A stretch of 64,000 nucleotides of DNA. Origin: Balanoglossus misakiensis (lineage: Eukaryota; Animalia; Hemichordata). Below the pieces are notes generated by a model, which worked only from the letters and a program-made list of their open reading frames with translations, made no database searches and had not been told where the DNA came from. Where the stretch lies: NCBI GenBank assembly GCA_040954595.2, contig CM082590.2, positions 3,224,001 to 3,288,000 on the forward strand, given 5' to 3'. Both the position numbers and the translations under genes were made by a program. The stretch's first letter is position 1; each line of letters starts with the position of its first letter. Positions 12,101 through 22,109 of the stretch are shown here, piece by piece.

Positions 12101-14270
12101 TGTTGAACTTCCTGTCATGTCACTGGTTAAAGTTCATGACGTTCGACCAACGCACGCACGCACACAACAAAAGTTGATTTTAAGACAAAACTTTTGCTCC
12201 CAAACAGAGAAAAACATTATTAACATTTAATTGCCGTACAAGAGAAACATATTCTGACTAACAGTAGCCTAGACTTGCTCCAAGTCTATGGGCTTCATTA
12301 TGTGTAGGGAACGCGACGCTACCCGAAACCACAAGCTCAGTCGCAAATTCGAAACTCACCTCACTATTAAAAACACGCTCAAGGCAAGCATTCACGCAAA
12401 AAGTATTGCATTTATTTATTAAGACAAAAAAACACCGAAAATATTGAGTATTGATATTTAAAAATTACCAAGCGACTAGTGGGCTAGTCTAACAGTAGCC
12501 CTACGTACAGGTCTGTGCGTTCGCGGCGTTTCCAGGCCGTGTAACGCCACGAACACACAGGCTTACCCCTGCATGTACGTACGTAGGGCTAACTTCACAG
12601 AAGCTGTAATGTGATGGGCACGTCATTTATTAACGGAGCAGTTTTATTTCAAAAGAATACACGTCCCATTTTCGATACACAGATAAAGAATTATTCTGTA
12701 ACTAACTCAGATTTACAAAATGGGGGGATTTAAATAGCCGAGGCTATTGACAGGCGCCTGTCACGGCACTCCAATTCAAAAACCATACAAACTCGTGTTC
12801 GGTGTATAGGCCTATCTACACTTGGAAAACCTTTGACTCACAAGTTGGTGTACTCATACAAGCTTGTTTGGGGATATTTGACTGCTGTCTTGTCGCGTAG
12901 TTTGGTCAAGCTACACCTGGCGAGTTTCCTGCATTTTTCTCGTCAACAATGCACATGCACGATGTCCCACCAGAAAAGTGCGAATCGTCCTGCTAATCGC
13001 CCTGCTGTTGAACTTCCTGTCATGTCACTGGTTAAAGTTCATGACGTTCGACCAACGCACGCGCGCACACAACAAAAGTTGATTTTAAGACAAAACTTTT
13101 GCTCCCAAACAGAGAAAAACATTATTAACATTTAATTGCCGTACAAGAGAAACATATTCTGACTAACAGTAGCCTAGACTTGCTCCAAGTCTATGGGCTT
13201 CATTATGTGTAGGGAACGCGACGCTACCCGAAACCACAAGCTCAGTCGCAAATTCGAAACTCACCTCACTATTAAAAACACGCTCAAGGCAAGCATTCAC
13301 GCAAAAAGTATTGCATTTATTTATTAAGACAAAAAAAAACACCGAAAATATTGAGTATTGATATTTAAAAATCACCAAGCGACTAGTGGGCTAGTCTAAC
13401 AGTAGCCCTACGTACAGGTCTGTGCGTTCGCGGCGTTTCCAGGCCGTGTAACGCCACGAACACACAGGCTTACCCCTGCATGTACGTACGTAGGGCTAAC
13501 TTCACAGAAGCTGTAATGTGATGGGCACGTCATTTATTAACGGAGCAGTTTTATTTCAAAAGAATACACGTCCCATTTTCGATACACAGATAAAGAATTA
13601 TTCTGTAACTAACTCAGATTTACAAAATGGGGGGATTTAAATAGCCGAGGCTATTGACAGGCGCCTGTCACGGCACTCCAATTCAAAAACCATACAAACT
13701 CGTGTTCGGTGTATAGGCCTATCTACACTTGGAAAACCTTTGACTCACAAGTTGGTGTACTCATACAAGCTTGTTTGGGGATATTTGACGGCCGTCTTGT
13801 CGCGTAGTTTGGTCAAGCTACACCTGGCGAGTTTCCTGCATTTTTCTCGTCAACAATGCACATGCACGATGTCCCACCAGAAAAGTGCGAATCGTCCTGC
13901 TAATCGCCCTGCTGTTGAACTTCCTGTCATCTCACTGGTTAAAATTCATGACGTTCGACCAACGCACGCTCGCACACAACAAAAGTTGATTTTAAGACAA
14001 AACTTTTGCTCCCAAACAGAGAAAAACATTATTAACATTTAATTGCAGTACAAGAGAAACATATTTTGACTTCACAGAAGCTGTAATCCGGGGCTGTAAT
14101 ATGATGAGCACGTCACTTTTAAACAGGGGTAGTCGCACGCAGTGTGTGAGTTTAAACAGTTTCTCCCACCTGTCCTAAGTTCAGTTTGATGTCAAAAGAA
14201 TACACGCGGTACGTTCAATTTTCGATACACAGATAAAGACTGGTTTTGTAACTAACTTAGATTTACGTAA
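9180..14270. repeat. ~906-bp tandem repeat (about 5.5 units) between the two divergent genes
   Basis: Equivalent positions at 11022, 11928, 12833 and 13740 give periods of 906, 905 and 907. Internal units are near-identical; the first and last partial units are diverged. Confidence 0.96.
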
Positions 14271-14684
14271 ATAGATCTCTTAATGTACGCATATTACATG
14301 AAATACACTTCAATCGTAGTTATTATAGTGTTCATTTAATTGAAAAATAGGTATTACTTTAATAGTGACATTTCATTGACCTCTTGACGCTCTTTCGTTC
14401 GAAGGACAAGCGAAACAAATTGGTATAGATTTCCACTTTATTGGGACAAAAGTGATTACATGTACTTTGGTTCGATGGCTTTTGACTTTCGCGGACTGCG
14501 TAACGGCTTGCTCGGCAGCTGCAATTCCAGTGGCGGGGGTCGGTCCCGGACTACAACTGACCCAAGGGACTGACATCCGCTACTGTAGTTACTGGTAGCG
14601 ACAGACCCCCTCGCAAACCGCGACAGACATTCGCGCCGCGCGCTGGTCACGTGAATCACGTAGGCCTAATTAACGACGCGACAC

Positions 14685-17600
14685 ATGACCGGACCTGCAG
14701 ACGCGGCTGACCAGCCCGAACGTGACACCTCAAATACTCATGGTCGCTCTGGAGTCTATTATGACATGGCAAGCCTAGAAATATTGTTTGATTCGTCCGC
14801 TTCATCGGAAGAAATACTGTTTGATTCGTCCTCGTCCTCAGAAGATTTTTATGATAATGCAACGAACCCGAACGAAGAGATTGTAATATATGACATCTCA
14901 TGCACCGATGATGATTCTGACTCAATGTGCTATAGTTCACAAACTGCCGCCATCGACTCGGTTGAATGTGCATACCCACTAACTAAACGTGTAACGTCCA
15001 CACCTAAGAAGAGACGCATCAGTGAGCCGGTAAGGGACCCGTTTGATGTATTACGTCAACCCTGCTGTGAAGATTGGTGCCTTAGAAACCTGACTATAAA
15101 CGAAATGCTTGAGTGTGATCGACATATGAAAAACCTAGAGAACGAGTCCAGACAGAAACAGTTCATATTAAGATGCTTTCGAGAGAATTCTTACAAGAGG
15201 TTCATAAAATCAAAACCTGTGGCGGAAACAAATATGAGAATAGCCGGAAGAGCAGTGTGTCGACAGGCTTGGCAACTGGCATACAACGTGTCTGATTATC
15301 GTTTTGCAGAATGTGAAAAGTTATTTCTGCAAGACATTGTGACTGTTCGTCACGGCAATTCCGGCAAAAGTCACATGACGGACAAAACTACAGAAGCGAT
15401 TGCCTGGATGCGTTTCTATTTCGAAAGAATGGGCGACTACATGCCCAATGATGCAAACAGGGTGATCCTTCCCTGTTCGTGGACCAAACTCATGGTTTAC
15501 CAACGAATGAAAGACGAGTTCAGTTCACGAGGGGCCGGTCCCAGAGACATGATCTGTTACGATTATTTCTGCAGAGTATGGAAGATTCACCTTCGGGAAT
15601 TCGTCATCGGAAAGGTAAGACTTTACAGTGACACTGTGCCAAATTCTTCCCTGTATTTAAATCTGTATGATCGCACCGATGTGTTTACACAAGATTTCCC
15701 ACTGATCACCCTCCGCCACTCCTAGAAACAATGGTATCATCCAAGCGTGACGTAAAATACTGACTAGTACGCCATTTTGTCCTTTGTTTTGTCGGAGATT
15801 TGTGGTGAATGTACCGCTTGTCTGTGTTCCTGTCATGCCGGTGGCATACAAAATGTTTCCGTTGTCCCCAATGTCCGTCTCTTTGCACCGTATAGTTTCA
15901 ATGATTAACGCATGCAACTGACGAGTATTACCACATCAATAATAGTTTTGCTTCTTTGCCGAAGGTAAGACATGAAGGGGTCCGAATATCTGAGCTCTGC
16001 GTGGCAGGGCTGTGTTGTTACAGTGTGGGTGGAGGCTCGCCGTAACAACACAGCCCTGCCACACAGAGCTACGAATATCTCTGCGTACAGATCTGTGTGT
16101 TCCCGGCGTTAAGTACGGTGGAGGCCGTGTAACGTCGGGACCGCACAGACCTGTACGCAGAGCTAGGGTCCGAAGTGACTATGGCCGGTAGCAGGCTCGA
16201 GGCTCTTCCGGGCGCATTGCTAAGGTTTACACGACTTTGGAGGCTACGACGGGTGACTGACGAAGTGTATGTATCTGATCACTAATCATGTTTTTTTTTT
16301 TTATAGGGCAGCGAGTTTGTGTGCTGTGAAACATGTGTTCGGCTGGATGAACAATTTGCAAAAGCAAGAGCTGAGTTTGAAAGAAGTCGAGTCAAAGGTC
16401 TAGTTGCACTTCACTTGAAACAAGTAGAGTAAGTAAACAAGAAATTTATTAAACTGTCAACAATAACAATGCAGTTTACACATATCAACATTTAATGTTT
16501 CAACTTGCTTTTAGGAGAAGAACAAAAATTTGCATTTGCCGCATAAATCAAAATGGTGACAGATCACCACAAATGGCTGATATCGTGCTTTGATTTGTAA
16601 AGTACTTCACCTTGAATTGCAGTTTTGTTAGTACCCATGATAATCTTTTTTTAAAAACCCATAGTCACATTTTTGCACCACACCCACATAAGCACAGTCA
16701 ATACATGAGTGTGTGTGTGTGTGTGTGTGACCTCATTTGTTTTGCAGAAATAGATGTGAAATTGATAACTTGTAAAGAAGTATGTCCACATCTCAATAAA
16801 TTAGTAATCGATTCTCAAATTTTTTTTTTCTTTTAAAGGAATGAACGCAAGCGTTATCACTACCACCGTGAAAAAGCAGAAAGGGAACCAGATGAAATTA
16901 TGGCTATCATTCAAGATGGCATGGATCAAAGCAAAACAGATATACCCCACCTGATCAAAGAAGACAAGGCAACATCAAATTTGTGGAGATTGCGGACACA
17001 TGTTACAGGTACTAGTGAGAGATACTTTGCTTCATTGCTCTTTTTGCATTTAAACTATCGGTACACTTCCATCTAGTCATTTGTTAAGAACAAATTTGTT
17101 CATCATCAGTCCCATCAACATAATATCACATTTTAACTAAAGTGTTTTATAAATATTCTTTAATGTTTAGCTTCCATTTTGTGTATGTGTGTTGAAGTTA
17201 TGTGAATTTTAATCTGAAGGAAGTTCTGCCAATATTTCACAAACCACACATTTTACCACCACTATACTATAATATAATTTTCTTTTAACAGGCAATATAC
17301 TGCATACTGGAGTGTCATCTGGGAAAATACCATATGTTTATATAGACATGAACCAGTTTCCACACGACAGCAACTTGACCATGAATATCCTACTAGAAGT
17401 ATTGGTAGAATCCAAAGATCATCTAGCCAAAACATTGTATTTGCAACTTGACAATTGTTTCCGGGAGAACAAGAACCGATTCTTGTTGAGTCTCATGGCC
17501 TTGCTGATACAACTGGATACATTTGAAGAAGTAAGTGCTTCATTGTTTAACCTATGGTAAATTCTAGGCACATTAATTATAAAATCCAAAATGAATACCA

Positions 17601-20086
17601 TTCATGAAGAACAATTCTTCATTGTTAGTTTGTAAAAAATGAGGTTGGCATATGCTCAAAGCAGTGATTTCATAGTTTAACAATATACGTATTATTGTAA
17701 TCATTACAGATTTATGTGAATTTTCTGCCTGTGGGACATACGCATGAAAATGTTGATCAGATGTTTTCGAAGATCTCAGTGGGATTAAAAAGATCAAATG
17801 CCTACACAGTTGAAGGTAAGTTGATAAGAACAATAGAGAACAGAGACAATTTCAATTGATGTCAGATCCAAGAAACTGAACAGGAACACAAATAGTGTGC
17901 ATAATATTCAACAGAAAATGTGCTGCCGGGAAAAAATAGATCAGCTGAAAAGTAAATAACTTTAGCAGTTTTTCAGTAATTGAAACATTGGTAAGCATAT
18001 TCTGATTAACGGTCTACATTCTTAGACTGATAACCAGCCAGCCGGCCGGCCAGATAAAAGTGTATGCACTATGTTTCATTTTACAACATCATGTTAAATA
18101 CTCATTTGCTGATTATACCTATTTTCTCAGATTTAATCTCAATCATTGAAAGCAGCTACACACCAGCCATCAACGTAGCAATATCAACAAAACTGCTGAA
18201 TATCAAGGAATGGCTTATTCCTCACATGCACAAAAATTTTAAAGGCCATTCCCGTCCGCACAACTTCCGCTTTAGGAAAGTGGATGATAAAGCCTATATG
18301 CAGTACAGAGAATGGTGTACAGATCCATGGCAGCCGATGCCAAAGGATGGTGTTGAGATTCCTGGTCTTCTGTGTTTGATGGTAAGTAGTAATTACTTTT
18401 GATGACATGTTCACACTATAAGAATTAAGGGTGTACAAGTGGTAAAACAAATTATTGTCCCTTTTTCAAATTGTTAATTTTTGGATTCTCCTTTGTAATT
18501 ATCTAAATGTGTAGTAAAATGTTTGGGTATCTGTGCTCATTTTTGAGATACAAGGCCATGAACTTTTCCATCATGAGGGAAAATGCTGACACGGCATTTT
18601 AAATTCTGAGAACAAAATAATTTAATGCAGTTTATCTCAAAATTAAGCTTGGCGACAATATAGTTTTATTTCATCACACACGGGTTACCTTCGTACAATA
18701 GAAAATTAGAGGATTGTGATATTTCTGGGATTATGATTTATCTACTGAATTGTGTAATTCATATCTGTACCCATGTTGTGTCTGCATTTCTTCTCTGTAT
18801 ATTTTCATGAAACAAATAATCAACCAACTAATGCATTTATATACTTTGATTCATTTAGACTATCCCAAACATTGATAAACCACCTGAATGGGTTGTACCA
18901 AGCCTAATGAAACTAGACGTGGATGGCTTATTAAAGAGCATTCCAGCTGGTTTCGCCCACAGAATGACCAGTCAAGCTGTCCAAACCTGGAAAACCTTCA
19001 TGGAAAAAATAACAGACTTGGAGAAGGTTGGTCTACATATAATTCCATTCATATCCTTTTTTCAATGTGTTTTGACTACACTTACATGAAGCAAGGGAGA
19101 CAAGGAATGTACTGGGCGTTTTAGCGTACCAGAAGTAGTAAAACCAAAATTTGCTTTTGATTCATAGATTCGCAAGAGCATATGGTGTGGGCTAATGAGC
19201 ATAAGCGCCTTTGAGTATGACACTTGTTGTAGATATTGGCGCTATACAAATTTCTCTGATTGATTGATTGAATAGAAAATAACCCAACCCAACCCAACCA
19301 AACTGTTAAAATTACATTCAACTCCATCCTTGCCAACATTCCCTTTTATAATTGAAGTTATAACATGTATTAAAATATGTCTTTCAGGTTCCTAACAGTG
19401 TACCCACGCGATGGCAGATCCATATACTAAAAGAAGCAGCACTTAGAAAACAACATGCACGAAATGAAAATACTACAGATATGCCAGAGGAACTGAGGCA
19501 TATCCAAGAGAAACTAACAGCTCCATGTCCTCCAGTAAGTGTTTTATTGGTCTGTAACAGAATAAGTATAATTTAAATACAGTTACAAAATGTGCTATTG
19601 TATTGTGCAGAATGGGTTGTGCAAAGTTTCTACTCCATACTGATTCACTCAGTATTGCAGTATTATTTGTAACATCTGCAATGACCTTCTGTCTTCTATC
19701 TTTTTGATGAATAGGTGACAATTGGTAATCAAAACAAAGACCAGGAAGCCCCAGCAGTGCAAGAAATGAACAGTTTTGATACTGTTGACCAGGGAATGCT
19801 GATTGCAGTCTGGGCACCAGACAATGATGCCAGGCCACAAATAGCACAGGTTATAGAGAGAAATGACAGTGAGCTCAACATCCACTGGTTAGTTGGCAAG
19901 TACAATGGTATGTGGAAGGAGGCATATCATGGCTTTGCAACCAACAGAAGGCCATGGGTGGACACCATTCCTGTTGAGTCGTGTATTCTTTGGGATTTCA
20001 CCCTTACAAAGAAAGGATGCCTGAAAAAAGCAACAGCTGATGAACTGAAGAAAAAGTACTCAGAACTTGATGAAGCTGCTGGGTGA
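14685..20086 (+). CDS. Sola-like (Sola1-related, DUF7869-type) DDD transposase; 9 exons, ~834 aa (807 aa from ATG 14766)
   Basis: Phase-consistent exons 14685-15614, 16307-16428, 16839-17008, 17292-17530, 17710-17815, 18131-18381, 18859-19026, 19388-19534, 19715-20086. Motifs: HGN, DYMP...LP, FVCCETC, IIQDGMDQSKT, LYLQLDNCFRENKN, FLPVGHTHENVDQMFS. NLS-like TPKKRR. Lies between the TIRs. Confidence 0.85.
15987..16165. mobile_element. Two nested hairpin MITEs with 9-bp TSDs in transposase intron 1
   Basis: The outer element is flanked by GGGTCCGAA (15978-15986 and 16166-16174). The inner hairpin 15992-16071 is flanked by CGAATATCT (15983-15991 and 16072-16080). The outer element resembles the 8762-8840 hairpin. 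Confidence 0.75.
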
Positions 20087-21273
20087 GTGTTTTTAGTGTA
20101 ACCAGTGATTTTATGTTTTTCACATTAGTTGAAAACACCTGGTTTTAAATCACTGATAAAGTGTGCAACAAATAATTTGTGAATAACCGAATAGATAAAA
20201 TTGTATTTTGAACATTATTTCACTCAACGACTGTAGTACTTGTGTGTATATTTTCACTCAGAACTGTAATTTGACTGTAATTTTTTAAGCATTACAAATC
20301 TGTACAGTTAATTTTCGCAACAAGCTTTCAGTGTATTTCGAATGGCACTTCAGACAGATTTCTCTCTGCGAAATTTCCCGTATTTTGTATACGGATGCCA
20401 TGTGTTACATGGTCACTACATTTTTTAAGAACAGGTGTAATGGTAACCAAATTTAAATTGTGTAATAATTTGTACATATAAGTTGGGGACAATTTCTGTT
20501 TATTGTTAAGAAATTCTCTAAAAAGGCTGAATGAGTTGCCTGTCTGATAGTTCTCAAAGTTGGTATAAATAATCTTGAGGATGTCTTTATTTCAATTTCA
20601 AAGCATTATATTGTCATATTTGGTATGGGTTTATAGTGTAATGCAATTGAAAAAAAATAGCCATGATTTCATTGACTAAGAACAAATTCACAAGTGCAAA
20701 ATATATTTCATTTACCTTATACAGAATTTTTCAGGAGTGGCCTAAAGATGAGTTTTATCCTTCATTTTCAATGAGGAAAATCTTAAAAGATTTTCATGTA
20801 TATTTTTCACTTACTGATCTTATGTGTGTATTTAAAGGCATACCTCAGTCACCTCCAATATATATGTATATGCCCATATATGTCAGAAATGGCATATTTA
20901 ACCGTTATAAAGAACAGATGGTGGCTAGATCTCAATTTGCCATGGTATCTATAGTTTATTTTTCATAGGTGACCGTATATCTTTTAAGTTTTCAAGGTTC
21001 AGATAAAGTATTTCAACCCATCTTGAAAATGTGAATGACACATAGTGTGTTATTGACATTTATTTACACACTGTTTGCATTTGAATAAATGCCATAAAAA
21101 CATTACATGTTTGTGTCAGTTCTGTTTATTACCTTATTATCAAAAATCTGATAGAAGACTGTACTTTATAAACATCCTTAGCAGTTTGTGAACATAGAGT
21201 GAACCTATAACAAGGAAAACTGATATGCCTTGATTTTTTTTCAGATGGGACATGTCTAAAATATTTCCTGCAA

Positions 21274-21766
21274 TGCAAGGGACGTACCCACCCATGCACA
21301 CGCCCACCCATGCAAGAAATTTCTTGCAAGGGACACGCCCACCCATGCAAGAAATTTCTTGCAAGGGACACACCCACCCATGCAAGAAATTTCTTGCAAG
21401 GGACAAGCCCGCCCATGCAAGAAATTTCTTGCAAGGGACACGCCCACCCATGCAAGAAATTTCTTGCAAGGGACACACTCACCCATACAAGAAATTTCTT
21501 GCAAGGGACACGCCCACCCATGCAAGAAATTTCTTGCAAGGGACACGCCCACCCATGCAAGAAATTTCTTGCAAGGGACACACCCACCCATGCGAGAAAT
21601 TTCTTGCAAGGGACACGCCCACCCATGCAAGAAATTTCTTGCAAGGGACACGCCCACCCATGCACACGCCCACCCATGCAAGAAATTTCTTGCAAGGGAC
21701 ACACCCACCCATGCAAGAAATTTCTTGCAAGGGACACGCCCACCCATGCAAGAAATTTCTTGCAAC
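21274..21766 (+). repeat. Right subterminal 35-bp minisatellite (~13 units)
   Basis: Unit CATGCAAGAAATTTCTTGCAAGGGACAC(A/G)CCCACC contains the perfect 18-bp palindrome TGCAAGAAATTTCTTGCA. It is homologous to the left array and in the same orientation. Confidence 0.95.
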
Positions 21767-22075
21767 TGACAAGCCGACACATGTTGGAACTCAACATATT
21801 TCGAAAAAGAATTTAGTAACGACCAATTAATGAAATTTCACTTGTAAAGTAATAAAATGACTTTTGCTTCTTCATTTTCACATAGTTACCATGGAAAATT
21901 ATATGACTTAATATGTTATATTTTAAATTTAGTTATTTCCATAAGAATATCTTTAACTTTCCAGTATGTTCAACCACTTTTGACTAAATCAGAAATTCAC
22001 AGTGAAATTATCAAGTACAACATAACTGAATTTAATAACCTGATATTTCTGTAGAAATTTTTGAAAAAAGTGTGT

Positions 22076-22109
22076 TTTTCGGTAATTGGAAAATTGTTTT
22101 CGTGCTGTT
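22076..22109 (-). repeat. Right terminal inverted repeat of the 21-kb transposon
   Basis: TTTTCGGTAATTGGAAAATTGTTTTCGTGCTGTT, followed by TATA and resumption of the satellite. Confidence 0.93.

Larger units (their letters stand above)
1155..22109. mobile_element. ~21-kb cut-and-paste DNA transposon (Sola-like) inserted in the satellite, carrying a transposase and a ParB-methyltransferase gene
   Basis: 34-bp TIRs (32/34 match). TATA is duplicated at 1151-1154 and 22110-22113. Removing the element restores the monomer variant ...TTTTCCAC-TATA-GACTCTGTAGATCGAGAG seen elsewhere in the array (e.g. 22376, 23689). Internal DDD transposase gene. Confidence 0.92.

Noticed and set aside
9272-14042. 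Repeated 79-100 aa ORF in the 906-bp units as a tandem gene cluster
   Set aside because: Starts are non-ATG, there is no recognisable domain or splice structure, and the repetition simply follows the DNA repeat.
16708-16729. (GT)n microsatellite
   Set aside because: It is an ordinary short intronic repeat.
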